A program made the position numbers and the translations under genes. From an uncultured delta proteobacterium (GTDB lineage: Bacteria; Myxococcota_A; Polyangia; Polyangiales; Polyangiaceae): a DNA stretch of 64,000 nt. The notes under the pieces are model-generated. The model made no database searches. It saw only the letters and a program-made list of their open reading frames with translations, and was not told the DNA's origin. Below, piece after piece: positions 1 to 9,873 of this stretch (the stretch's first letter is position 1; each line of letters opens with the position of its first letter). The stretch is taken from positions 96,001 to 160,000 of the forward strand of contig CAWKKR010000001.1 of NCBI GenBank assembly GCA_963850305.1. Direction: 5' to 3'.

Positions 1-685
1 TCTTGAACGGACCAATTCGGACTCGCTGCCACAGCCCCCGATCAGCAACGTATGCAGGTTGTCGATACGCCCGATGCCCTCGCTTTAGCAGCGCTTCCAC
101 GAAGCGATCAGCCTCCGCTTGATCCTTGAAGCTCGCGACCTGGAGCTGGTACCCCCCGTCACCCCCCGGCATGACCGATATCGGGGCGTCGATCCTGGAC
201 ATTTCGGTCGCGAGCGTCGTGAGCGGGTCCCTGGGCTCCTCCGTCACCGAACTTTGATCGAGGAGGGTGCCGGCAGGGAGCGGCACGACCGCCAGCCTGT
301 CCGCCGGCGGCGGTGGCGCGATTGGTGAGACCGCTTCCGGCGCTACGCCGGGTTCGACCAGATGCCCGCGTTCGTCCTTGACTGCGGCAAGAGCAGTGGT
401 CGGACGCTCGGAATCACTGAGAATCGAGGGGAATGTAACCTCGGACGGGCGCACGGCCTCGGGGGGCGTCGCTTCGGGACGCTTCGCCTTCGCAAGGAGC
501 GCGGCCAGCGGATCCGCTTGCGACTGCGTCGGCGGAGCGGATTGTTTCATCGATAGCGTGGCCGCTATCACGAGCGCAGCTCCGCCGATGCCGGCGAGAA
601 ACACGGTCGCGACGCGCATCGAACGGCTGCCGTCGGAGTCGGCTTCCTGGATCTGTTCGAGGTTTCGCACGTTGACGGAGTCCAT
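1..685 (-). CDS. SPOR-domain (FtsN/DedD-like) bitopic cell-division protein, 3' end runs off the window
   Basis: Not in the ORF track; translated by hand. ATG at 685 gives MDSVNVRNLEQ, a TM segment (VATVFLAGIGGAALVIAA), a Pro-rich linker, then YQLQVASFKDQAEADRFVEAL..RGHRAY..WQRVRIGPF, a SPOR signature. Confidence 0.85.
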   Translation of the reverse strand, partial: MDSVNVRNLEQIQEADSDGSRSMRVATVFLAGIGGAALVIAATLSMKQSAPPTQSQADPLAALLAKAKRPEATPPEAVRPSEVTFPSILSDSERPTTALAAVKDERGHLVEPGVAPEAVSPIAPPPPADRLAVVPLPAGTLLDQSSVTEEPRDPLTTLATEMSRIDAPISVMPGGDGGYQLQVASFKDQAEADRFVEALLKRGHRAYRQPAYVADRGLWQRVRIGPFK

Positions 686-877
686 GGCAGGAACGGCGTA
701 CGCCTCGCCGGCAATTCCGGCCAAGTTTGCAGGCGCGGCCCCAGCGCGCCCTCAATCCCGCGGATCGCCCGAGTCGACACGGCGTTTCGTCTTCACTGCT
801 GGGCCAGGCGTGGCGAAACACGCCCTCGCGCTACCGCTCTGATCCCCGGTGCAGATTGTCTCCGCGGTGCACTGCGT

Positions 878-2158
878 CTAGACGGCGCGGCAACGGAATC
901 CGCTGAGGAGTCGTTCCAGTTGCACGGCCTTCCAGCGCGTTTCGGCGACCTCGAGTGCGGGGCTACTTTTCGCCACGATACCTCCGCCCGCAAAATAGTG
1001 TCCGATACCATCTCGAACGGTCAACGTGCGGATGGCCATCGCGAGACGGAGCGAGGCGTCATGACGGAGAGCTCCGAAGGCCCCCGTGTAAAGCCCCCGG
1101 CGAGCGGCCTCGAGCGTCGCGATGACCTCCATTGCGCGAATCTTCGGCGCGCCGGTCACGCTGCCACTCGGGAGCATTGCATCAAGGAGCTGCGCGCGGC
1201 CAACCCCGGCGCGAAGACGCGCCGCGACGGCCTGCAACCGATGATGCACGCTGCCGTGCGCCTCGACCCGCGCCGGTCCGCGGAGCCTGACGGAACCCGT
1301 GCGCGCTACACGGCCCAGGTCGTTCCGCTCGACGTCGACGACCATGGATAGCTCCGCGCGCTCTTTGGAATCGGAATCCAAAGCCAGCGCGAGAGCGCCG
1401 TCGGTCGTTCTATCTTCGCCGCGCGGCCGCGTGCCCTTGATCGGCACGGTGACCATCCGGCCATCGGGGGCGAGGTCGAGGAACATTTCGGGCGACGAGC
1501 TCGCCACCGTGAGACCGTCGACAGCAAATGCCGCCGCGAACCGGGCTGGAGTCCGAGCCGTGAGTCCTTCAACCAGATCCACGGCCCGCGCGGACACCCG
1601 AAAATCGAATCGTCTCGAAAGGTTGACCTGATAGATTTGACCCTCGGCAATGAGTTCGATGGCGTGTTCGATCCGGGCACCGTGAAGTGCGTCCTCCTCG
1701 CTTTCCAATCGTACGAGGCCGACGTCGCCTCCGCATCGCGACCCCGAACGGATTCGTGCCGCGAGGGACGTCACGCGATCCTCGTCGTCGCCCGCAACGA
1801 GCACATCGTCGCCCACGCGCGCGACAGCGCCGAACCGATACCAGATCACCTCGGACATATGTGGAGCGGCACGTTCCTCGTGACGCGCGCGCCCGGCTCG
1901 CTCGAGCCCGCGGCAAGCCTCATATGGCAGGAGACCGATCCATCGAGGGAACGTCCCGAGTGTCGACTCGGACGGGCCGAGCGACAGTGACGGCTCGGGG
2001 TCGAAAGCAAAAGACCGTGCGATCGGATCGCAGGCGATGTACGACGGCTCACCATCCACGGCGCTCCAGAGAAAAGCGAATCCCGGCTCTTCCGCCACCG
2101 TCCGGGCCACGAGCAGCGGATCCGGAGCGACATCGACTCGACGAGCAAAGAGTTTCAT
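878..2158 (-). CDS. pabB: Aminodeoxychorismate synthase component I / anthranilate synthase I family (chorismate-binding)
   Basis: YQVNLSRRF, SSPEMFL, PIKGTRPR, KERAELSMVVDVERNDL, SGSVTGAPKIRAM motifs; ATG 2158 overlaps the upstream stop. Confidence 0.85.
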   Translation of the reverse strand: MKLFARRVDVAPDPLLVARTVAEEPGFAFLWSAVDGEPSYIACDPIARSFAFDPEPSLSLGPSESTLGTFPRWIGLLPYEACRGLERAGRARHEERAAPHMSEVIWYRFGAVARVGDDVLVAGDDEDRVTSLAARIRSGSRCGGDVGLVRLESEEDALHGARIEHAIELIAEGQIYQVNLSRRFDFRVSARAVDLVEGLTARTPARFAAAFAVDGLTVASSSPEMFLDLAPDGRMVTVPIKGTRPRGEDRTTDGALALALDSDSKERAELSMVVDVERNDLGRVARTGSVRLRGPARVEAHGSVHHRLQAVAARLRAGVGRAQLLDAMLPSGSVTGAPKIRAMEVIATLEAARRGLYTGAFGALRHDASLRLAMAIRTLTVRDGIGHYFAGGGIVAKSSPALEVAETRWKAVQLERLLSGFRCRAV

Positions 2159-3045
2159 CGATCCACCGGAACGACTTGCCCCGCGGTAGTGACAACAGCA
2201 TTGCTCAAGGGCGCCCGCACGACCGCGCCCGGCCAGATGACGACTCGCTCGACGAGCCCGTGACCCTCGAGCGTCGCACCAGCGCCGATCACCGAGTCGC
2301 GGACATTCACGCCGGGTGCCACGCGGGCGCGAGCATGCACCCACGCCGCGGACTGACCGGCCACGAGCTCGAGCCAGTCGAGATTTGCGGCGTGATACGC
2401 CGCAACGGTGCCGATGTCCGTCCATCCGCCAAGCAGCGTCACCGAGGCGATCCGTTCGCCCCGGGCGAGCGCAGGTATCGCGACGTCGGCGACCAGGCAG
2501 CCTCGCGCAGGTAACGCTTCGAGCGCACGCGAGCCGAGCGCGGCGATGCCGACGTAGTCTCCGCCGCTATCCTCGCGGCCAACGCCGACGCAGCGCAGTC
2601 GAACGACGCGGCCAGTCTCGTCGAGCCCGACCGTTCCCGCGCCACGAGCGCGCCTGGCGACGAGAAGCACAAGACCGCCGTCCTCTTCCGCGCGCGTCGC
2701 GAGTTCCAGTATGGGGGGCTCGGCCAAGACATCCCCATTCCAGACTATGACTGGACCCGCGCCGAGCAGCGCCCGCGCACCAGCAATCCCTCCCGCCGTT
2801 CCGCGGATATCGACTTCATGTATAAGATGAATTTTTCTGGATAAAGAGTCGATAGCACCAGCAAAATGTTCGTGCCGATGATGCGTATTCACGACGATTT
2901 CCGAGACGCTCCCGCGTCCCAGGCGGTCGGCGATATGCGCCAGGACGGGCCGATCGCCAAGGGGCACGAGCGGCTTCGGGACCTCGTCGGTGAGCGGCCG
3001 GAGTCGAGTACCGAAACCAGCGGCCAGGATCATCGCTCGAGACAT
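2155..3045 (-). CDS. Sugar-phosphate nucleotidyltransferase (MurU / mannose-1-P guanylyltransferase-like)
   Basis: AMILAAGFGTRLRPLTDEVPKPLV, NGD, WTDIGT motifs; short C-terminal hexapeptide-like region. Confidence 0.85.
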   Translation of the reverse strand: MSRAMILAAGFGTRLRPLTDEVPKPLVPLGDRPVLAHIADRLGRGSVSEIVVNTHHRHEHFAGAIDSLSRKIHLIHEVDIRGTAGGIAGARALLGAGPVIVWNGDVLAEPPILELATRAEEDGGLVLLVARRARGAGTVGLDETGRVVRLRCVGVGREDSGGDYVGIAALGSRALEALPARGCLVADVAIPALARGERIASVTLLGGWTDIGTVAAYHAANLDWLELVAGQSAAWVHARARVAPGVNVRDSVIGAGATLEGHGLVERVVIWPGAVVRAPLSNAVVTTAGQVVPVDR

Positions 3046-3126
3046 GGCTGCGCCCGTCTTGCCCCGACCGAGCCCACTTCGCAAGAAACTCGCCCGCACC
3101 GGAAGAGCCATGGTACCCGCGCCGAG

Positions 3127-3576
3127 ATGCCAGGTCGCGGCGGTCCCGCGCTTCTTCTTGCGCTCGCGCTAGCCGGTACGGCGTCCTGCGGCACTCATGC
3201 CGTCGGGGTCTCGGACTGCGCGGCTATCGAAAAAGCGCGCTGTATCGCGGCGCGCGGCTGCAATGACGGCCTTGATACGACTTCCGCCCAAGCCGAATGC
3301 GAGCGCTTCTCCCATGACAATTGCTTGCACGGACTCGAGGCAACCGAGGTGCCGCGCACCAGCGACTTGAACGCGTGCGTCGCGGACATCCAGGCCGCCG
3401 GGGATTGCGCAGCAACGAGTGGGGCGAAGCTCCACGCGACGGACTGCGTCGCAATTGGTGGAGTGCTCGCGAATTCCAGAACGACGGTTTGCGATGTCGT
3501 CGCGAGCCCGGAAAATACGTCGTCTTGCTCCTTCTTGTTGCCCACGGCCTCACCCGTCGATGCAGGCGCGGATTGA
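3127..3576 (+). CDS. Cys-rich lipoprotein, unknown function
   Basis: Signal peptide LLLALALAGTAS-C followed by 10 more Cys; stop overlaps the next start (TGATG). Confidence 0.65.
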   Translation: MPGRGGPALLLALALAGTASCGTHAVGVSDCAAIEKARCIAARGCNDGLDTTSAQAECERFSHDNCLHGLEATEVPRTSDLNACVADIQAAGDCAATSGAKLHATDCVAIGGVLANSRTTVCDVVASPENTSSCSFLLPTASPVDAGAD

Positions 3577-4118
3577 TGGGGATTCCATTCCGCGCTGGGC
3601 TGCTGGCGCTACCCCTCGTGGTCGGCGCGGTCGGATGTGCCGCGGGGCAGCCGGAAGCTCAGGCACCAATCCTCCGCGAAACTCCGGAGGACGAAGTCCT
3701 GCAGGTGGCGAAGAAATGGGTGTCGAGCACCGAGGACAAGGGCTTCCGAGGCGCGCCGAGCCGCATCACGGTCTTCTCGGCAAGAACGACAAGCACCATC
3801 ACCCTCCACCCAGGGGGGGCGACCGCCTCGGAGGACCTGACCTTCTCCGAGTCGTTCAAGCTCACAGACAGCTCCGAGTTCCGATGCCAATCGCACGCGA
3901 CCGTCGAAGTACCCTTGGCCTTCGGTGACCATGCCGGCGAGGCGGGCATCGAACTCCGGCGCCCTGCCCTCCACCTTGCGAGAACGTGCGACAGACCTGG
4001 GTTCCCCGAGCCGACGCTCGACCTCGCGGCGACCAACGCTCGTTTCGTGCTGCGGGGCGACCAGCTGGTTCCGATCGAGCCGCCGACGGAGGCTCGTGTC
4101 TACCTGCCCGTCCCCTGA
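3576..4118 (+). CDS. Hypothetical lipoprotein
   Basis: MGIPFRAGLLALPLVVGAVG-C lipobox; translational coupling to the upstream gene. Confidence 0.65.
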   Translation: MGIPFRAGLLALPLVVGAVGCAAGQPEAQAPILRETPEDEVLQVAKKWVSSTEDKGFRGAPSRITVFSARTTSTITLHPGGATASEDLTFSESFKLTDSSEFRCQSHATVEVPLAFGDHAGEAGIELRRPALHLARTCDRPGFPEPTLDLAATNARFVLRGDQLVPIEPPTEARVYLPVP

Positions 4119-4185
4119 GGCGACCATCCGGGACCGAAGCGTCTCTCTTTCCAACGCGCGCCCGTGCAATGCTAGGGCGTTGCGG

Positions 4186-5148
4186 ATGAGTCGCTTCTCG
4201 GTCCCCCTCGGCGGGGCGCTTCTGCTCCTTGGCTGCACGAACTCCGACGTCGCGACCACGGCCCCGATTCCGGCGACGGCGGTTGCGATCGACCCGACAC
4301 GATTTCTCGATGGGGTCTCGTGCGTCGACGCCCCGGGCGCCATGCGCGTCTACGTTGCGACGCTCACCGACGTGTCTCCGCTGACGGTGGTCGCACCTTC
4401 CGCGGATGGAGGGAACACGCAGATCGTGCTCCCGAGTTCGGCACCCACCCCTTGTTACGAGGAAGTCGTCTTCGAACGCATCGTCGTGGGGCGCGAGTAC
4501 GTCGCCGACATACAGGGCTACGACCGCGCCGATATCGAACCGCTCGGCTGCCCCAAGAACGCCAATGATGTCACCAATTGCGCGGGAAGCCCGGTAATGG
4601 TTACCCGCGCGACCGGCGATTATGTGGCACCGCGCTGGACCACCTCGTGCGGTAGGCATCCGGTCGTCGAAGACGCAGGACCGATAGCCCCTCCACCCCC
4701 AGGCTTCGATGCAGGGTTTCGATACCTGGCATGTTCCGCACCGCCCTATCGCGATGGCGGCAAGCCGCAACTCGACGGCCCGGTCTGCGCTGAGACCGAG
4801 GACACCGTCGTAGTCGGCGGATGCGCGCCTCTGGTCGCCGCGTCCTCGTCACCGACGGGAGTGACGGTGGATCTCACCGACGCGCTCGGCGGCCAATCGT
4901 GCCAGATCAGCGGGGTGAGCGTGTTCTCGGCCAACATCGAAGGAGCGGGAGCTTCCACCGCGAACGCGGCTTGCGGAGCGTCCGCCGAATTCGACGGCCT
5001 GACGCCTGGCCAGGGGTACACGTTCGCCGTCACGGCAGCATCCGGCGACGCTGGCCCTCGTCTCGGCACGACGTGTTTCGCGACCGCCGTCATCGGGGCC
5101 GTCGTCCGCGCTGCGTGCGACCCGTTCGTTGCGCTGAACGCCGACTAG
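4186..5148 (+). CDS. Cys-rich hypothetical lipoprotein
   Basis: MSRFSVPLGGALLLLG-C lipobox, many Cys, beta-rich C-terminus (GLTPGQGYTFAVTA, FN3-like). Confidence 0.65.
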   Translation: MSRFSVPLGGALLLLGCTNSDVATTAPIPATAVAIDPTRFLDGVSCVDAPGAMRVYVATLTDVSPLTVVAPSADGGNTQIVLPSSAPTPCYEEVVFERIVVGREYVADIQGYDRADIEPLGCPKNANDVTNCAGSPVMVTRATGDYVAPRWTTSCGRHPVVEDAGPIAPPPPGFDAGFRYLACSAPPYRDGGKPQLDGPVCAETEDTVVVGGCAPLVAASSSPTGVTVDLTDALGGQSCQISGVSVFSANIEGAGASTANAACGASAEFDGLTPGQGYTFAVTAASGDAGPRLGTTCFATAVIGAVVRAACDPFVALNAD

Positions 5149-5246
5149 CGTGCGCCACGGGGTCCGCAGGTCCGAATTCGCGGGCAGAACGCCTGGAACC
5201 GAGCCATGGTTGCTCAGGTCGCCCCGCGCGATTACGAAATGAGCGA

Positions 5247-6071
5247 ATGCCACCGAACGACTTCACTCCGCGCAGTCTCGGCCTTATGAAGCCAGGGCCC
5301 GTCGTGACTGCGGCCATGGTGGCGCTCGGAGCCATCTGGCTGATGTTCGCCGTGGCCATCAACTGGGGCGGAGCAACGGAGGAGCTGTTCCTCCTGTTTT
5401 GCGGCAACACCGAGCGGATCCTGCATGGCCAGGTCTGGCGGCTGTTCACCGCGCCATTGATGCACATGCCGAGCGGCACCATCTGGCACATCCTGTTCGC
5501 GATCCTGGGGCTGCTATTTCTCGCACCTCCCCTCGAAGAACGCTGGGGAACGGGGCGGACGATTCGCTTCCTGATTTTCTCAGGCGTCATTGCGTACGCG
5601 TTTCAGATGCTGCTCGAACTCGTGCTTCCCGGGACCCTGGCGCGCCGATTCGTCGGGCACTACTGGTTCGGGTCGCTTCCGGTTCTCGAGGCCGTGGCCG
5701 TCGCGTGGGCGCTGAGCTTCAAGGGCCAGACCGTGCGGCTGTGGTTCGTTCTGCCGGTGACGTCTACAATGATGTTGATGTTCATCTTCGCAATGAGTGC
5801 CCTCAGCATCGTGGCGGACGCGAGCGGACCGGAGGGGCTGCTTTCGCCGTTCGGGGGCATGTTCGCGGGATGGCTTCTCGGCGGCAGCACGCCGTCACCT
5901 CTCCGGCGCGCTTATCTCAAATTGAAGCTGGCCCAGCTCGATCATGAGGCCGCGCGAGGAACGCGGGGAGCAGCGCTCCGCCGCAAAGAGTCCCAGCTTC
6001 GCGTCATCGAGGGCGGCCGCGGGCGCTCGGACGGCGATGACGGGCGCGGCGGCGGCCGCATGCTTCATTGA
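5247..6071 (+). CDS. Rhomboid-family intramembrane protein (catalytic residues appear absent)
   Basis: GQVWRLFTAPLMH, HILF..LGLLFLAPPLEERWG; several TM segments; C-terminal LRVIEGG..MLH tail. Confidence 0.8.
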   Translation: MPPNDFTPRSLGLMKPGPVVTAAMVALGAIWLMFAVAINWGGATEELFLLFCGNTERILHGQVWRLFTAPLMHMPSGTIWHILFAILGLLFLAPPLEERWGTGRTIRFLIFSGVIAYAFQMLLELVLPGTLARRFVGHYWFGSLPVLEAVAVAWALSFKGQTVRLWFVLPVTSTMMLMFIFAMSALSIVADASGPEGLLSPFGGMFAGWLLGGSTPSPLRRAYLKLKLAQLDHEAARGTRGAALRRKESQLRVIEGGRGRSDGDDGRGGGRMLH

Positions 6072-6118
6072 ACCGTCGGCGCTTGCCGTCTCGGGCGCGC
6101 TGATTTACGACTCACCGG

Positions 6119-6670
6119 ATGCGCGTCGTGCTCGACCCGAGTGACGTCGCACGCGGGCTCCGCCGCGTCGCGGGGGAGATCGTGGAGCGCAATCGAGGAA
6201 GCCACGACCTCGTCATCATCGGCGTGCGGCGAGGCGGAGTGCCCATCGCGGACGCGGTGGCCAGCTGGGTTCGCGAAATCGATGGACACCACGTTCCGGA
6301 AGGCAGCGTGGACATCACCCTTTATCGGGACGACGCAGCGACCGCGCTCCCGAATCCTCGCATCGGAGCAAGCGCCGTCCCATGCAGTCTCGAAGACAAG
6401 AACGTCGTACTCGTGGACGACGTCATCTACACCGGGCGGACCATCCGGGCGGCGCTCGACGCCCTGATGGACTATGGCCGCCCCCGTCGTATCGAGCTCG
6501 CCGCCTTGGTCGATCGTCGGGGGCGCGAACTGCCGATTCAACCCGACTATGTCGTTCGAGTGCTCGAGATAGGCGGTCACGAGCGCGTCGATGTCATCGT
6601 CGACGAAGCCGGACTCCGTGCGATCGTCCAACCCAGATCCGCACCGACAACCCCTCCTTCGTCATCATGA
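6119..6670 (+). CDS. pyrR: Pyrimidine operon regulator / uracil phosphoribosyltransferase PyrR
   Basis: [34 protein letters not shown]. Confidence 0.95.
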   Translation: MRVVLDPSDVARGLRRVAGEIVERNRGSHDLVIIGVRRGGVPIADAVASWVREIDGHHVPEGSVDITLYRDDAATALPNPRIGASAVPCSLEDKNVVLVDDVIYTGRTIRAALDALMDYGRPRRIELAALVDRRGRELPIQPDYVVRVLEIGGHERVDVIVDEAGLRAIVQPRSAPTTPPSSS

Positions 6671-7608
6671 ACGAGCCGCGACTGCGCCACCTGTTGTCGA
6701 TAAGCGACATCGACCGCGCGACAGCTGAGCGGATCCTAGCCACTGCTCGCGCCTTCCAGGAGGTTGCACGTCGCCCGGTGAAGAAGGTGCCTACACTGCG
6801 GGGCAAGACGGTCGTGAACCTTTTCTACGAAGCTTCGACGCGGACGCGAACGTCGTTCGAGCTAGCCGGGAAGCGATTGAGCGCCGACGTCGTGAACGTC
6901 AGTGGATCGTCGTCGAGCGTGAGCAAGGGAGAGACGCTCGGTGATACCGTTCGCACACTGGACGCGATGCACCCGGACGTCATCGTGATCCGGCATTCTG
7001 CCTCGGGCGCGGCGGCGTACGTCGCATCTCGCACTCGAGCGGCCGTGATCAACGCGGGTGACGGCCTCCACCAGCATCCCACACAGGCGCTCCTCGACGC
7101 CTTCACGATCGAATCCCACAAGGGGAAGCTCGAAGGCCTGACGATCGCAATCTGCGGCGACATCCTGCACAGCAGGGTCGCGCGTTCGAACGCCGAGCTC
7201 TTGCCGATGCTTGGAGCCAAAGTTCGACTCGCCGGGCCTCGGACGCTCCTCCCGAGAAGCTTGGAAACGCTCGGGTGTGAAGTCCACGACCGAGTGGAGC
7301 CAGCGCTCGTGGCCGCCGACGTCGTCATGATGCTCCGCATTCAGCGCGAACGACTCGGCGGCGCTTATTTCCCGACCCTCCGGGAGTACTCGCGCGTTTA
7401 CGGCTTGAATAGAAGCCGGCTCTCGCTCGCCAAGGCAGACGCGTTGGTGATGCATCCTGGGCCCTTGAACCGTGGCGTGGAGATCGCCGATGACGTCGCC
7501 GATGGCGCTCAAAGCGTCATCCTCGAACAGGTCGAGTCCGGCATCGCTATACGGATGGCCGCTCTGTATCTTGCAGCGAACGAACCCGACGCACCGGAAC
7601 CGCTCTAA
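6667..7608 (+). CDS. pyrB: Aspartate carbamoyltransferase catalytic subunit
   Basis: [44 protein letters not shown]. Confidence 0.97.
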   Translation: MNEPRLRHLLSISDIDRATAERILATARAFQEVARRPVKKVPTLRGKTVVNLFYEASTRTRTSFELAGKRLSADVVNVSGSSSSVSKGETLGDTVRTLDAMHPDVIVIRHSASGAAAYVASRTRAAVINAGDGLHQHPTQALLDAFTIESHKGKLEGLTIAICGDILHSRVARSNAELLPMLGAKVRLAGPRTLLPRSLETLGCEVHDRVEPALVAADVVMMLRIQRERLGGAYFPTLREYSRVYGLNRSRLSLAKADALVMHPGPLNRGVEIADDVADGAQSVILEQVESGIAIRMAALYLAANEPDAPEPL

Positions 7609-7648
7609 CCGCGGCTCATCGGTTCGGGGCGGCGTCCGCGGGCCACAC

Positions 7649-8485
7649 TCAGATATCGATCTGAAGAACCGCCGGCGCACCGGCGCCAAGACAGCGCTCG
7701 GTCATTGCGGAAAAGCTCGACGGAAAGTCGGTGACCAGGAGCTCGAGGGGATCGCCCGAAAGGCGCGACCTGGCGAGCCCACGCGATTCGAGCAGGTTCG
7801 CGACGACTTCCGAGGTGGCCTCCGCGCTGTCCACGACGGCAATAGGGCGACCCGCAAGCCTGGTCGCGGTAGCCGCGATCATGTGCTTGAGCAAGGGATA
7901 GTGAGTGCAGCCGAGCACAATCACCCCGACGTCAGCCTCGACGAGCGGCAGGAGATACCGCTCCACGGCCAGGCGCGGCACGTCGCCTTCGAGCCAGCCT
8001 TCCTCAACCAGGGGGACCAGGAGTGGCGCCGGGCTGCCGATGATTTCGAGGCGCGTCGAGATCATCCCGACCGCGCGCGAGTAGGCGCCGGAAGCGATCG
8101 TGCGCGCAGTACCCAGCACGCCAATGCGCGCGCCGCGCGAATCGCCTTCCGCGGAGAGACGGTCGGCGACGGCCACGGCCGCCGTCGCACCAGGGTCGAT
8201 AACACCGATCACGGGTAGATCGAGCTCTGCGCGCAACATCTCCAGTGCAACGGCACTCGCCGTGTTGCACGCGATGACCAGCGCCTTGATGCCACGGCGA
8301 GTGAGGACGGCCGCGCAGGACCGCGCGTAGCGGAGAATCGTGTCCGGCGAACGTGTCCCGTAAGGAACGCGCGCCGTATCTCCGAGGTACACGATCCGCT
8401 CCGCGGGGAGCCGATGACGGAGGGCTCGAACGACGGTGAGCCCTCCAAGACCGGAATCGAACACACCCAGAGGAAGATCGTTCAC
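7649..8485 (-). CDS. murI: Glutamate racemase
   Basis: FDSGLGGLTV, PYG, ACNTAS, LGCTHYP. Confidence 0.97.
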   Translation of the reverse strand: MNDLPLGVFDSGLGGLTVVRALRHRLPAERIVYLGDTARVPYGTRSPDTILRYARSCAAVLTRRGIKALVIACNTASAVALEMLRAELDLPVIGVIDPGATAAVAVADRLSAEGDSRGARIGVLGTARTIASGAYSRAVGMISTRLEIIGSPAPLLVPLVEEGWLEGDVPRLAVERYLLPLVEADVGVIVLGCTHYPLLKHMIAATATRLAGRPIAVVDSAEATSEVVANLLESRGLARSRLSGDPLELLVTDFPSSFSAMTERCLGAGAPAVLQIDI

Positions 8486-9792
8486 ACGGCCTCTATGCGA
8501 ACGAGTCGCGGGCGCGCCTTCATGAACGGAGCCTCAGCGATCCTGTCCACCGCGAGACGAACGGCTCCTTCGGTACACGAATGCGTGATCATCAGCACGA
8601 GCACGGTGGAAGCGCCGGTGCCTGCGCGACCTTCCTGCACCATCTGCTCGATGCTGACCCCTCGTTCGCCGAGCGCCCCCGCAACAAATGCCAGCACGCC
8701 GGGGCGGTCATCGACCTCGAATCGCAGGTAATAGCGCGATTCGACCTCGATCATCGGGACCAGGGTTCGTTCGCCGATGCGAATCCCGCGTGTGCTCAGA
8801 CCTGCTTGTCCTTCTATGCGCGAACGCGAGACGTCCACGATATCGGCCACGACGCTCACGGCGGTCGGCATCTCGCCCGCGCCGCGACCCACCAGCAGAC
8901 AAGGGCCCAGCGCCCGCCCTTGAATGTACACGCAGTTCAGAACGTCGTTGGTGTTCCCGATGACGCTCGATGCAGGGACCATGACCGGATGCACCCGCAG
9001 TTCCAGGGCCCCGCCCCGGTCACGCCCGATGCACAGGTGCTTGATGTTGAAGGCGAATCGCTCTGCGAATCGAAAGTCGACGTCATCGATCTCGCGAATG
9101 CCCTCGACGTGGATATCAGCCGCATTCACGCGAGCTCCAAAGGCGAGCATGGAGAGAACGATGAGCTTGTGCGCCGCGTCGTGTCCGTCCACATCGAGGG
9201 ACGGCTCCGCCTCGGCGTATCCGAGCCGTTGCGCGTCTGCGAGAATCACATCGAATGGCAGCTTCTCCTCGCGCATTCGCGTCAGAATGTAGTTGCAGGT
9301 TCCGTTGAGGATCGCGTGCACACTGAGGATCCGGTCGCTCGTCAAGGCTTCTCTCAGGGTGCGGATCACTGGGATCCCCCCGCCGACTGATGCCTCGAAC
9401 GCCAGATCCACGCCCTTTTCCGAGGCGAGCCGAACCAACGACGGACCGTCACGGGCGAGGAGCAGCTTGTTGGCCGAGACGACGCTCTTGCCAGCATTGA
9501 GCGCACGCTCGATGTAACCGCGGGCGGGTTCCTCGCTCCCCATAACCTCCACGACCACGTCGACGGCATCGTCGCCGAGCACGCGCTCCGCGTCGGTCGT
9601 GACAAGGGCAATGTCGCATTCCGGCACCCGCATCCGAGTCGCGTCCCGAACGAGAATGTGCGCTATTTCGAGAGGCGCGCCGATCTTCGACTCGAGGTGA
9701 TCCTCACTACCACGGATCAGGCGCACCACACCGCCGCCGACGGTGCCGCATCCGAGCAACGCGATCCGCACTGGCCTTTTCTCGCTCGACAC
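8482..9792 (-). CDS. hom: Homoserine dehydrogenase with C-terminal ACT domain
   Basis: GCGTVGGG, ANK, FEASVGGGIP, LNGTCNYIL, DRPGVL. Confidence 0.95.
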   Translation of the reverse strand: MSSEKRPVRIALLGCGTVGGGVVRLIRGSEDHLESKIGAPLEIAHILVRDATRMRVPECDIALVTTDAERVLGDDAVDVVVEVMGSEEPARGYIERALNAGKSVVSANKLLLARDGPSLVRLASEKGVDLAFEASVGGGIPVIRTLREALTSDRILSVHAILNGTCNYILTRMREEKLPFDVILADAQRLGYAEAEPSLDVDGHDAAHKLIVLSMLAFGARVNAADIHVEGIREIDDVDFRFAERFAFNIKHLCIGRDRGGALELRVHPVMVPASSVIGNTNDVLNCVYIQGRALGPCLLVGRGAGEMPTAVSVVADIVDVSRSRIEGQAGLSTRGIRIGERTLVPMIEVESRYYLRFEVDDRPGVLAFVAGALGERGVSIEQMVQEGRAGTGASTVLVLMITHSCTEGAVRLAVDRIAEAPFMKARPRLVRIEAV

Positions 9793-9873
9793 GACCGTTA
9801 ATCTCCTTGAACCGTGACTCTGCCCGAGCCTTGCCCGTGACGGGCGTCTTTTTCAAACAGCGCATCCGTCTTG

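Noticed and set aside
6072..6118. PyrR attenuator leader
   Set aside because: Only 47 bp of intergenic sequence, with no PyrR-binding loop or U-tract terminator visible.
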